Positions 43,316 through 57,178 of a stretch of 64,000 nucleotides of DNA are shown one piece after another. Numbering within the stretch: position 1 is the first letter of the stretch; each line of letters starts with the position of its first letter. The notes under the pieces are model-generated. The model saw nothing but the letters and a program-made list of their open reading frames with translations. It searched no databases and had not been told where the DNA came from. The DNA lies in assembly GCA_951406725.2 (NCBI GenBank), contig OX597827.1, positions 6,138,001-6,202,000 of the forward strand, given 5' to 3'. This DNA comes from Octopus vulgaris. Taxonomy: Eukaryota. Made by a program: the position numbers and the translations under genes.

Positions 43316-46117
43316 GACGGGCTTCTTTCAGTTTCCATCTACTTAATCTGCTCACAAGGCTTTGGTCGGCCCGAGGCTATAGTAGAAGACACTTGCCCAA
43401 GGTGCCATGCAGTGGAACTGCAGAAGTATAACCAGTTTATTGTACATAAATTTTTACAACAAAATCTTAGATGGACCACCTTGCAAGGGTCATCTTGACC
43501 CTGGTTAAGAACAACTGATCTAAAGCAAAATGCACAACCTACTATTTACTCTTTTACTCTTTTACTTGTTTCAGTCATTTGACTGCGGCCATGCTGGAGC
43601 ACCACCTTTTAGTACTTATTCTATCGGTCTCTTTTTGCCGAACCGCTAAGTGACGGGGACCTAAACACACCAGCATCGGTTGTCCAGCAATGCTAGGGGG
43701 ACAAACACAGACACACAAACACACGCATACATACATATATACATATATACGACAGGCTTCTTTCAGTTTCCGTCTACCAAATCCACTCACAAGGCATTGG
43801 TCGGCCCGGGGCTATAGCAGAAGACAGTTGCCCAAGATGCCACGCAGTGGGACTGAACCCGCAACCGTGTGGTTGGTTAGCAAGCTACTTACCACACAGC
43901 CACTCCTGCGCCTATTGTGATTTTTTTGTTTTAAATTGATGAATTACAAAAGATTCTTGATGTTGAGCAGCCAATTTTTGTTTTTGCTAGTGATTCTGAA
44001 CTATAAATACTATCATTTTTGCATAGCATATAAGACATGTATTTTTTTCTCCAAAAATGATCTCAAAAATTAAACTCCATGCCCTTCATGTAAAGTTGGA
44101 CCTACATTACATACTTTAATGCACAAGAAAATATTTCTCCTGAATGTATGCGCAGCTGAATTTTGAAGTGCATCTAATATGCCTGTGTATCTCTTATGCC
44201 ATCAAACACAGTATTTTATCTACTTTGTTTTATGTGTTGTGGTGTGTAATAATTGTGTGATCAAAATAAAAGAATTGAATTGAAACGCTATAATTTTACC
44301 AGATTACAACAATCCAACAATAACAATGACCAAAATAAAATAGTAACCATAGCAACAGTGACAAGAGCAACAACAGAAAGATGAAAAGCAGAATCTGTAA
44401 AGGAATGGCCATAGGAACAAGATTTAATAAAAGCTAGCAAAGCCAAAAGAAATAATTGCCAAGGAAGAAACACCGCAAGCTAAAAATAGCAAAAGTAACA
44501 AACCACAGAAAGAGAGAGAGCTCTACGTGGTCACCTAATCTGCTAAATATAACAACTAAACTCCTTCACAGTACATCATACTCTTTTACTCTTTTACTTG
44601 TTTCAGTCATTTGACTGCGGCCATGCTGGAGCACCGGCTTTAATCGAGCAACTCGACTCCGGGACTTATTCTTTTGTAAGCCCAGTACTTATTCTACCGG
44701 TCTCTTTTGCCGAACTGCTAAGTAACGGGGACATAAACACACCAGCATCGGTTGTCAAGCAATGCTAGGGGGGACAAACACAGACACACAAACATATACA
44801 CACACATAAATATATATATATATATACGACGGGCTTCTTTCAGTTTCCGTCTACCAAATCTGCTCACAAGGCTTTGGTCGGCCCGAGGCTATAGTAGAAG
44901 ACACTTGCCCAAAGTGCCACGCAGTGGGACTGAACTCGGAACCATGTGGTTAGTAAACAAGCTACTTACCACACAGCCACTCCTGCGCCTCCTTGATAAA
45001 AAAAAAGGAGCACATTGCATAATGTAGTCCCTAGTATAAAAATATAGGGTCGTTGCAGCTGAAGTCACATCAATTATAATTCTGTTCCTTGAGGATTGGC
45101 CTGGGGCCAAGCAACATAACAACAGTAGCAGCAACAGGAAGAACAATAATGAAAGCAATAGGGGTCCCTTACAAGAAGGCACATGTAATAACAGAAGCAA
45201 TGTCAGCGTTCTAAACTCAACAGATCTTAATACTAGCATTGTTGTCTTTACTAATATTTTCATATCACTAATAATAAATTTACTCCTTCATACAAAAGTA
45301 ACCATTTAACCATTTTGATATCAAACCATCTGAAATTTCCTTCATTCATTGTTTCCTTCCTTCAATCCTTAATTCCTTCACTCCCACTCTTCCTCCCTCC
45401 CTCCCTCCTTCCCCTCCCTTCATTTCTTCCTTCCTTCCTTCCGTCCTTCCTTCCTTCCTCCCTTCCTTCTCTTGTCTATTTTCTTTTCTCTTTCCTGTCT
45501 TTATATATATATATATTTCTTTACTACCCACAAGGGGCTACACACAGAGGGGACAAACAAGGACAGACAAATGGATTAAGTCGATTACATCGACCCCAGT
45601 GTGTAACTGGTACTTAATTTATCAACCCCGGGGGTCGAGTTGTTCGATTAAAGGCGGTGCTCCAGTATGGCCGCAGTCAAATGACTGAAACTAGTAAAAG
45701 AGTAAAAGAGTAAAAGAGTATAGTCCTAAAAGAGTTAAATAAAGAAATAACCAACCCAACTTCTTTCCTATTTTATCCCATAGAAGATCTGCAGCAATTA
45801 CTTGGTTCTTACAATAACACTATTAAAATAATTTTGAAATACAGGCCTTACTTGTATCACAGAAGCATTGCATTCCTGAAAATCCTTGCTGTAGCATGGA
45901 ATACTGTAGCATGAAACCTATTTTCTCATCCGCTTCCTTATTATGTAACAAGAAAATCAATTAGAAAATAGGTTTTCGATATGAAATTCTATGTTATGGC
46001 AAGATTCTTCAAGCAAGTAATGGTTCTATAATATGGAGTATGCTTGTAAATAAATATATTTTTGGGTGAGAAATCATAAGCTTTATTGCTATTTGCAAAC
46101 TGTTTATGAAGACATAC

Positions 46118-46271
46118 CTTTTAATTCTTCATAGTGCCCTATTTCCCTTTCTGCCCAGTTATGTTCTCTATCATTAGCATGGCAAGATCTTGGTTTTTCT
46201 CCACAGAGTTCAACCACCTTAACAGCCTTTTCATCAATCTGAGAATTCTTTGGGTTTCTTAGAAGACTTCG
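46118..46271 (-). CDS. Protocadherin cytoplasmic exon 2 (RSLLRNPKNSQIDEKAVKVVELCGEKPRSCHANDREHNWAEREIGHYEELK-G)
   Basis: Acceptor TTTATCTTGTAG and donor AAG|GTATGT. The 154 nt are open in phase 0 at the start and end in phase 1, fitting both neighbouring exons. It is not in the supplied ORF track. Confidence 0.85.
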
Positions 46272-47506
46272 CTACAAGATAAATATATTGAAAGGGATAA
46301 TTGAGTTAATTTAGAATGTTCTAGATATATAGACATGAATTTGGTTTTTAAAACATAAGTTATTTGCACATAAAGTTTTTTGCTAAACTAGCAGATTCTC
46401 AACAGTTTTACTGCTTTCACAAGGATGCTTTTTCCAATCGCGTGCTTGCAAGTGTGTGTGTGTGTGTGTTTGTGTGTGCGTACACGCACACATGTTATAT
46501 GCAACAAAAGCAGTATTAGATCAAAATAACCATTCGTATATCATACTAAATGTAAATACATTTTGCTAGGCAAAATTTAGAGCCAAATTTATCTGGAAAT
46601 ATTATGGACATGCTGTGATGAAAAACACAATACATATATCAGAGGGGCCCAAAATCCCTCCTAGCAATAGCAGGTGAAAACACAAGATGCATTGTTGGAT
46701 GTTTTCCATATTGTCTACTCACAGTCAGTATGCCTACTCAAAATCCATCACCATCGATGTAAAGGAGAACAGTGAATAGACTATCACTGATGTTTCAAGT
46801 AGCTGCTTGGCTGAACAAAAATTTGTCATATGCAATGGAAGCAATATTAGACTAAAATAACCATTTATGTATAATACTTAATATAAATACATTGTCATAT
46901 TTTACTGTTGTATTTGTCCAAAGATAATCTCTTATGGACATGCTGTGTATAAAAATCGATATATATTTCCCAAAATGGTGAAATACAAAATAAATTCAAA
47001 AACAAATTATGAAGTAAGATATGTGTTATCTTCTGCCTATTCCTTAGTTTCCAGACATTTTGTTAGTGCCATCAGATATACACCAGTGTATAATGATGGC
47101 TTCTTCAATAGAAAGTTGTAAAAAGTTTATAAGCAAGTGAGCCTGTATATATACTGCATAAATAGTTGATATTGGGTGGAAAACCACCCACCAAAGACAA
47201 AAAACAGAAATATGCATTACATGCTTAATTGCAGTTTACAAACACAAATTGTTCCAAGGGTGTTCAAAGTGGGACAGTTAATAATGTATAACTGTACGTA
47301 AATCAGTTATAATATATAGAATTATTCTGTCATGCGAAACAAGTTAAGAAGAATGCTCAGTAAATTGAAAAAAATAAAGTTTGGAGTAATTAATTAGTTA
47401 GGAGACAGATTCTCAACAATGTCCAGTTGCATAGCAATAAAATATCTATCGACAATACCCAATCTCCATTCATGCTACTTCTGTCAATTTGCATATGTGA
47501 ATATGT

Positions 47507-47557
<51 letters not shown>

Positions 47558-49259
47558 GTTTAACGTCCATTTTCCGCGCTAGCATGGGTTGGACGGTTCG
47601 ACCGGAGTCTGGGAAGTCAGGGCTGCACCAGGCTCCAGTCTGATCTGGCAGTGTTTCTACAGCTGGATGCCCTTCCGAACGCCAACCACTCCGCGAGTGT
47701 AGTGGGTGCTTTATGGATGTATTTTTTTATCTTATGCTTGTTTCAGTCATAAGGTTGTGTGCTATGCTAAGGCAATGCTTTGAAAGGTTTTAGTTGAGCA
47801 AATCAATCCCAGAACTTAAGCTCTTTTTTTTTTTTTAAAGTCTGGAACTTATTCTATCAGCTACTTTCTCCAAACTGCAAATTTATGGGACAGTAAACAA
47901 ACCAACATCGGGTGTCAAGTATTGGTGAGGGAAATAAACACAGACACACAAATATATACATGCATACACTCATACATACACACACATACTTACACGCTCA
48001 TATACATGTATATATGTTGGGCATCCATATAGTTTCTGTCTACCAAATTCACTACAAGGCATTGTGGTTACAGTAGAAGATACTTGCCCAAGGTGCCACA
48101 CAGAGGTCCATGTGGTTGCAAGGCAAGCTTCTTAACCATACACCCATGCCTGTATGTACACATGAATGCATGCATGCATGTATGTATTCATGTATGTTTG
48201 TATGTATGTACCTCTGTCTTTTTATCTGTATTACCTGCCCTTCCTCAGGGGTTTTCAACTATGCCATTACTCTTTTTTTATATTAAATACTGGTTTCAAA
48301 TTTTGGCAAAAGGCCAGCGATTTTGGGGCAGTTGGGTAAGTTAATTATATTGACACCAGTGCTTAAATGGTACTTATTTCACCAACTCCAAAAGGATGAA
48401 AGGCAAAGTTGACCTAGAGAGAATTTGAACTCAGAATCTAAAGATGTATAAAATGCCACTGAGCATTTTACCTGGCATGCTAATGATTCTCCCAGCTCAC
48501 CACCTTCTCTTTTGCATTTAATATTATCATTAATTGAAGTAAATATTTTATTCTCTGTTCTTACTCTGAGTAAGATTTCACAATTCATCTGTCAATATAT
48601 ATTTACTGCATGTCCCAAGTATGTTGTTGTTTTGTTTTGTTCCTTCTCGAGCTATGCCTGGCTCATAAGGGCTGGTTTCCCAGTTTCTTGGCGCATAGGT
48701 TCCCCACCTGGACGGGACGCTGGTCTGTCGCAGGTGAGCTGCAAGATGCAGGAAGAAAGAGTGAGAGAAAGTTGTGGCGAAAGAGTCAGCAGAAATTTGC
48801 CACTACCTTCTACCGGAGCCGCGTGGAGCTTAGGTGTTTCGCTCATAAACACACACATTGCCCGGTCAGAGATTCGAACCCGCGATCCCTCGACCGAGAG
48901 TCCGCTGCTCTAACCACTAGGCCATGTGCCTCCATATGTCCCAAGTAGATGTACACCCTCACCTCCTCAGTTTCATTTCTTTCTGCCAGTATTTGGCCTT
49001 TTACTATGCATTCAGATCATATGTATTTTGTTTCCATATGGTTTATTTTGAGGTCTACTGCCGAAATCTGGAGGAGCAAGCTTTCTCACAATGATTTACA
49101 TATGATCTGAGGTTTCTGTGATCATTATTATGTCATTTGCAACTTGTGGGTGCATTAGTAACTCATTAATACTGATCCCACATTTTCAGTCATATCTCTG
49201 ATGACTATTTTGGGTTACACAATAAAGAGTTTTGGAGAGATGTTACCAAGATACAACTG

Positions 49260-49480
49260 GACAAGTCTCAGCATACCAATCTTTCCAATAGCAGTTCTCC
49301 ACCTACACCTTTATGCAAATGAAACATGGGCTATTAAGAAGAAAGAAGAAAAGCTACTAACTATGACATGGAGGCTCATAGAAAGAACCATGCCAGGAAT
49401 ATCCCAGTGCTAGCATATCTAAAATGAGGTATTTTAACAATGAAGGTAATTGTATGAGAATTAAGATCTCGTGGCTAAAC
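49260..49480 (+). mobile_element. Old RTE-like LINE fragment
   Basis: AVLHLHLYANETWAIKKKEEKLL...IERTMPGI resembles the LLYGxETW...MERxMLGI region downstream of the RT domain in RTE elements. Confidence 0.6.
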
Positions 49481-50837
49481 AGCTCAGTGGCTCTCAATAT
49501 TTTAATCTTCCTGAAGGGCAGAGGACTGACAGAATTGCAGAATGGTGGACTACCATTTAGTTTCTGAGTTCAATCTCAACAGAATCAACTTTGCCTTTCA
49601 TGCTTCTGAGGCTAATGAAATAAAATACCATCGTATAGTATTGTGGTGGGGGAGGGTGTTGATATAATTAACCATATCATCTCCCTTACCAAATTTAAAG
49701 CCCTGTTTTTATTTGAGAAATCAAATTTCTGACTTTTCGGTGTACAGAAGATTAGATAAAATTTCCTGGCTCACTTGACATAGTCTAAAATTAAAAAAAA
49801 AATTACCAAAAGCTTTTTCCATTTTAATGCATTTTTTCACTTTATAAAAGCATAACTCTCTAAAAATGTTTACCTTGTTTCAACGATTTACAAAAAAATG
49901 CTTACCAAATTTTTTTTGGTTTTAAGGCATTTTTGTGAAAGGCCTGGTAGGAGGCCCAAACTTATAAGTTATTTCAGGGCTTAGAAAAACTGAAGGACTG
50001 AGGCAATAAGTGTGTGAATCTGACAAGGGAATATGTTGAATAAAATCATAATTAACAGATCCTCCTGAATTTTTTTTTACCAAAAGCCAGAAACTTTTCA
50101 GCATCCTCGTTGTGTAAAACAAAATAAAGAACAGCGTGCTTTCCATGATGCTTCATTATAAACACCAATTTTCTAAAGCTGTTGATTATGTTTTTAAACT
50201 GCTGCAATCACCACCCAGACATCTCTTATCCCATGGTGCAGCGCTGCACCACAGAACACTAAAAACCACTAAGAAAGCAACCAGATCATATTATTTGAAA
50301 GTTGTGCAAGAAAAAGCAAGCTGAGAATGCAGGAAAAAATGAAATAACTACAGAATGACAGAGAATTTAGGAAGAGAATTATATTTAAGTGCAATCATAT
50401 TTTATTAGCAACCTCATTATATCACATAACATATAACCATTTTCATCTATTTTATCTAATTTAAATGTCTATCATTCATTTCCAAATCATAAAAATTTCA
50501 TACAAGATTTTCTTAATAGAGATTCCAGGCAAGAATGGCAAACATGGTATTGAATGCATTTATATTAGAGAAATATTTCATTTCATTTAATAAATGTTCT
50601 AATGGATTACTTTATAAATCTCTAATGGATCTGTAATATCATCTGTAATGGATCTGTAATACACCTGTAATGCATTTGTAAGATAGCTTAATTTGTCTAT
50701 TATCCACCAATGTTGTCTAGTTTGTGCCAATGTCATGATCAGCAATTTTGCATTTTGTAGGAAAAAAAAGTGGGGCTCTTTACTTTTGGTTATTTTTTTT
50801 CTCCCCAAGTGGTGGAAATCATATAATTACACACACA

Positions 50838-50896
<59 letters not shown>

Positions 50897-51114
50897 ATAC
50901 ACACAAAAATTTACACAGATGCATATATAAATATACATATTCATATGCATACATTATATGTGTTGTGTGTGTGTGTATGTGTGTGTATGTGTGTGTGAGT
51001 GTGCGTGCGTGCATGTGTGCATGTGCGTGTGTGTATGTGTTCATTAACACATATATATCCTAAAACATATTTCACTATTTGAACTATTTACATCTCATCA
51101 TTATTTGCTGGCAT

Positions 51115-51177
<63 letters not shown>

Positions 51178-52877
51178 GAATGTATGTATATGTTTATATA
51201 TGTTTCTTCATTGCATGAATGTATTTTCAATTTCATAGAAAATATTTTACATTAAATTATCCAGAATTACATGTATGCACACAGACACACACACACACAG
51301 ACAGACACACACACAAATATGTGAGCTTATATTTTTAAAAACATGCCTATACTCCAGTTTTCACTTATTTTTTGCATGATTTCGTATATTCCCTTATTAG
51401 TCCTTTTGTTTGGAATAATATATTTCCGTTGTATATTTAGGTTCCATGCATCACTGCTCAACTATATTTTATATAATGTGTTGTAATGACTCATACATAT
51501 ATACACACAGGAGTGGCTGTGTGGTAAGTAACCTGTTTACCAACCACATGGTTCCGGGTTCAGTCCCACTGCATGGCATCTTGGGCAGGTGTCTTCTACT
51601 ATAGCCTCGGGCTGACCAAAGCCTTGTGAGTGGATTTGGTAGACGGAAAACTAAAAGAAGCCCGTCGTATATATGTATATATATATATACATATATACGA
51701 CGGGCTTCTTTCAGTTATATGTATGTGTGGGTATGTGTTTGTGTGTCTGTGTTTGTCCCCCTAGCATTGCTTGACAACCGATGCTGGTGTGTTTATGTCC
51801 CCGTTTCATTAGCGGTTTGGCAAAAGAGACCGATAGGATAAGTACTGGGCTTACAAAAGAATAAGTCCTGGGGTCGAGTTGCTCGATTAAAGGCGGTGCT
51901 TCAGCATGGCCGCAGTCAAATGACTGAAACAAGTAAAAGAGTATAAAAGAGTAAAAGAGTACATGCTTATATCCATACATGCATTAATATGTGTGTGGAT
52001 ACATATGGCTTAGTGGTTAGGGTGTTGCATGCGTGATCATAAGATTATGGTTTCAATTCCTGGACCAGGCAATGTATTGTAATCTTAAACAAAACAGTTC
52101 ATTTCATGTTGCTCTGGTCCATTCAGCTGGCAAAAATGAGTAATCCCTTGATGTATATGCCATAGAATCCAGGAAAATGGCTGATAATTAAGGGGGTCGC
52201 CCACTAGCAGACCATTGATAATGAAACAGGGGAAGTTTAATGATGTAGTACTATAGTTAAGTTATTCTAAACAATGTGTATTAGATTTTCTCAAATTTGA
52301 TGGATATTTAGTGGTATGCAAGCCAACACAAGAAATCTCTAGTGCCACTTTTTTATCGATGTACCCAAAGAGACACAGAATGATGGGTCGAAACATATTT
52401 TGTAAATAATGAAGTCTAATACACATTCCATCAAAAGGATAGAAATTTATGAATACTTTTGAGTATATACCAAACTTTTACCACAATAGAGGGAAGAAAG
52501 AAATTATTCAGAAATAGTTTAATATTTATACATATTGCATGCTTAAATACTAACTCATCAGATGGTATCTGTAAATAATGATTAATTGGTATATATTGGT
52601 ATTAATAAAGGAGTATTGAGGTAAAGGAACATGTTAATTATATATTAATAAAATTATAATCTAAGCAGTATTTTAGCATGGGTTGGATGATTTGACTGAG
52701 GGCTGATGAACCAGATGGCTGCATCAGGCTCCAATCTTGATCTGGCAGAGTTTCTACAGCTGGATGCCCTTCCTAATGCCGAGAAGTGGTGAATTTGAGG
52801 ATTTAATACAGTAATTGGATTCAAATTAGTCTTGCCATTGGAACTGAGTTATGGTTTGTGTTGGATTTAAATAGTGA

Positions 52878-52982
52878 TTACAATAAGCTTCCTTCATCGA
52901 CAGAAGGATGAGGGATACTCTTCCTCTTATCAAGGTTCAGTGAACTGATAAACATGTCATGACAATCTCCTTTACTTTTTTC
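52878..52982 (-). CDS. Candidate alternative terminal exon of the protocadherin (EKSKGDCHDMFISSLNLDKRKSIPHPSVDEGSLL*)
   Basis: Strong acceptor TTTTTGTTATTCTTTTCACAG, followed by 34 open codons in phase 0 (the phase required after the large exon) and TAA. Unique sequence within a repeat-rich intron. Confidence 0.45.
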   Translation of the reverse strand, partial: EKSKGDCHDMFISSLNLDKRKSIPHPSVDEGSLL

Positions 52983-53209
52983 CTGTGAAAAGAATAACAA
53001 AAATATTCTTATCTAAGGATTCACCTCAAAAGACTTTTAAAAACTGTATTTTAACATGTGTGTATGTGTGTACAGATGTTAAAGAATGATGATTATATAT
53101 ATATATTGATAAAAATGGTAAGATAACAAAAGAAAGAAAGAGACCTCGATATTATGTAAATAGAGGAATTTATCTGTAAAAGTAATATGTAGCAATTATT
53201 CGGTAGCCA

Positions 53210-53272
53210 AGATAAAACTCTGAGTTTCGGATGCCGAGGTGGAAATCCATGCCACCATCTCTTCAGTTATCT
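53210..53272 (-). ncRNA. Type I hammerhead ribozyme motif, sense to the protocadherin pre-mRNA (intron after the large exon)
   Basis: Stem I AGATAA/TTATCT. CTGAAGA at 53266-53260. Stem II GATG...CATC(C). GAAAC at 53228-53224, stem III ACTC-A-GAGT, GTT triplet at 53218-53216. Confidence 0.65.
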
Positions 53273-54975
53273 GGGCATCGGGAAAATGCTATGAAAAATG
53301 ACCGTTATACAAAGGGAAATTACTGTGTTATTGACCGCTATTAAGACAAAAGAGCTATTCTAATGACCATTAAGTAAGGTAAGAGGGTAAAAAATTCATA
53401 GTATTCACGTAAGTGTGCCTGTTCATACCTACACATGTGTGCCTGCACACCCACATGTGTACGCATACATTCATCCACCCTCACTAGAAAAACGTATACA
53501 TCATCACTTGCATCCTTCGCCAAATGTATATGCATATACATACAACCCCCCACACACACACATGCACACCGTAAAAGTTCATACATACGTCTACATGTGT
53601 ACAGGTATAAGAAAAACCAGGATTAAGGGTAACAATACAGAAAAAGGCATAGATAAGTATACAAAGAGTAAATCACGTTTATATACGCACACACCCATAT
53701 ACACACATACCTGTATACCGTATGTATAATCCTTTTTGTGCGTGCATGTGTGTGTGCATATATAGACGTGTGCAGGTATGTGCGTATATGGGTGTGTGTG
53801 TGGGTGTGCATGATAGGTTTCAAACAAAAGGTTGTTTGATAGTACAATATCTTTCTAATTAGCTGAGTAGAGTCAGTTATTTAGTATGTATTATCCCAGG
53901 AGGAAAAGTTTGGTTAGCTTAAATCAAAGATTGTTAGTGATTGTGAAACCAACTAAAAATAGCTTAGAACTGTTGGAATATTGATTAGAACAGAGAAGTT
54001 ATGTAAAAATATTTAAAAAATTGACATTGGAGTGGCTGTGTGGTAAGTAGCTTGCTTACCAACCACATGGTTCCGCGTTCAGTCCCACTGCGTGGCATCT
54101 TGGGCAAGTGTCTTCTGCCCAATTTAGGTTCCAATTTAGGCATATTTAGGTTCCATGCATCACTGCTCAACTATATTTTATATAATGTGTTGTAATGACT
54201 CATACATATATACACGCAGGAGTGGCTGTGTGGTAAGTAGCCTGTTTACCAACCACATGGTTCCGGGTTCAATCCCACTGCATGGCACCTTGGGCAAGTG
54301 TCTTCTACTATAGCCTCGGGCCGACCAAAGCCTTGTGAGTGGATTTGGTAGACGGAAACTGAAAGAAGCCCGTTGTATATATGTATATATATATATAAGT
54401 GTGTGTGTATATGTTTGTGTGTGTGTGTTTGTCCCCCTAGCATTGCTTGACAACCGATGCTGGTGTGTTTACGTCCCCGTCACTTAGCGGTTCGGCAAAA
54501 GGAGACCGATAGAATAGGTACTGGGCTTACAAAGAATAAGTCCCGGGGTCGATTTGCTCGACTAAAGGCGGTGCTCCAGCATGGCCGCAGTCAAATGACT
54601 GAAACAACTAAAAGAGTAAACAAGCATTTCATTTGATAGAGTAATCTGAATAGCAACGATTTCAAAAACTACGACCTGAAAATTTGAACAGATGTAAATG
54701 CGTCTTATTATTCTCTTTGTTCAATGGAAAATATAAATGGAGTGTCCTCTTTCTCTCTCTCTCTCCTTTTTCTCTTTTTTACTTGTTTCAGTCATTTGAC
54801 TGCAGCCATGCTAGAGCACCGCCTATTAGTCAAGCAAATGAACCCCAGGTCTCATTCTTTGTAAGCCTAGTACTTATTCTATCGGTCTCTTTTGCCGAAT
54901 CACTAAGTAACGGGGACGTAAACATACCAGCATCGGTTGTCAAGCGATGCTGGGGGGACAAACACAGGCACACAA

Positions 54976-55008
<33 letters not shown>

Positions 55009-55500
55009 CATATATATACATATACGACAGGCTTCTTTCAGTTTCTGTCTACCAAATCCACTCACAAGGCTTTGGTCGGCCCGAGGCTATAGTAGAAGGC
55101 ACTTTCCCAAGGTGCCACACAGTGGGACTGAACCCGGAACAGTGTGGTTGGTAAGCAGGCTACTTACCACACAGCCACTCCTGCGCCTAACATATTTCCT
55201 GTTACATTGAATATTTGTAAAAGAATAAGTGCATGAAGAGAACTGAGAAGAAATTGACATTTAAATATCAAACATGAACAAGAATGTAGCTGTAATGGTA
55301 AGACTACACAGCCATTGTGGGTGTGGTAAAGCAATTGATAAATATTCATGCACAATGCAGCATGTATTTATAAGCAAAATTAGTTGTTTTGAAGCTTTTG
55401 ATGTGAAAAGCACCTTGGACATGTGTCTTCTACAATAGCCTGAGGTTGAACAAAAGCTTTGTGAGTGGATTTAGTAGATGGAATCTGAAAGAGGCCTATC

Positions 55501-55579
<79 letters not shown>

Positions 55580-55741
55580 CATGTTGGGTTAAGGAATAAT
55601 TCATATATGTATATGATCTTTGCTAAATAAACACTAAGTCCTTTAGATTCCACAACTGAAATTTCTTCTCCAAGTCTAGTAGAGTAAGAACAAGATCAGC
55701 TTAGAGGAGCTCCCAAGGGCAACCAGGCTTAAATTCCTCAG

Positions 55742-55792
<51 letters not shown>

Positions 55793-55796
55793 TATG

Positions 55797-55865
<69 letters not shown>

Positions 55866-56014
55866 ATATACATATATACATATATATATGACAGGTTTCT
55901 TTCAGTTTCTGTCTATGGAATCCACTCAGAAGGTGCCATGTAGGGGGATTGAACTGAGTACCATGTGGATGGGAAGCAAGTTTCTTACTACACAGCCATA
56001 TCTGCACCTATGTG

Positions 56015-56070
<56 letters not shown>

Positions 56071-56979
56071 CATAGGAGTGGCTGTGTGGTAAGTAGCTTG
56101 CTTATGAACCACATGGTTCTGGATTCAGTCTCACAGCGTGACACCTTGGGCAAGTGTCTTCTACTATAGCCTCAGGCCAACCAAAGCCTTGTGAGTGGAT
56201 TTGGTAGACAGAAACTGAAAGAAGTCCGTTGTATATATGTATATATATATATATGTGTGTATGTGTATGTGTGTCTGTGTTTGTCCCTCCAACATCACTT
56301 GACAACTAATGCTGGTGTTTACATCCCCGTAACTTAGCAGTTCGGCAAAAGAGACTAATAGAATAACTACTAGACTTACAAAGAATAAGTCCTGGGGTCA
56401 ATTTGCTCGGTGAAAGGCCACAGTCAAATGACTGAAACAAGTAACAGAGTAAAATAGTAAAAGAGTAAAAGAGTAAAAAGAGTATACATAAAAAGATCAC
56501 TATGATTTTTAACACTAGGGTAAAGACACCCCTCAGTCATGAATGACCATGAGATTGCACCTAGAAAGTTCCCCTCTGAGGCACAAGGCCAAGCAATATT
56601 GTTTATAGAATGCCAGCAGCTACCCATGCATACCAGCCTCTCCTCTCTATGCCACTGATATTATTCAAGGGAAAGGCAAAGGGGCCGATATAGCTTGGCA
56701 CCAGTGACATCAAAACTCATTTCTACAGATGGGTGAACTGGAGAGCAACGTGAAATAAAGAGTTTTGCTCAAGAACACAACACACAGCCTGGTCTGGGAA
56801 TCGAACTCACTACCTCATGATTGTGAGAACAATGCCCTAACCACTGAGCCCTGTGCCTTCACATAATTCTTAACATTAACCGTTCAAAGTTTTGTTAAAA
56901 TTTTCTGTACAACATAACAATTTTTCTTAGCTACTAAATTTTATAAAACTGGATGATTAAATGCTACTAAAAAAATCAT

Positions 56980-57144
56980 AGGCGCAGGAGTGGCTGTGTG
57001 GTAAGTAGCATGTTTAATAAGCACATGGTTCCGGGTTCAGTCCCACTGCGTGGCACCTTGGGCAAGTGTCTTCTGCTATAGCCTCGAGCCAACCAATGCC
57101 TTGTAAGTGGATTTGGTAGACGGAAACTGAAAGAAGCCCGTTGG

Positions 57145-57178
<34 letters not shown>

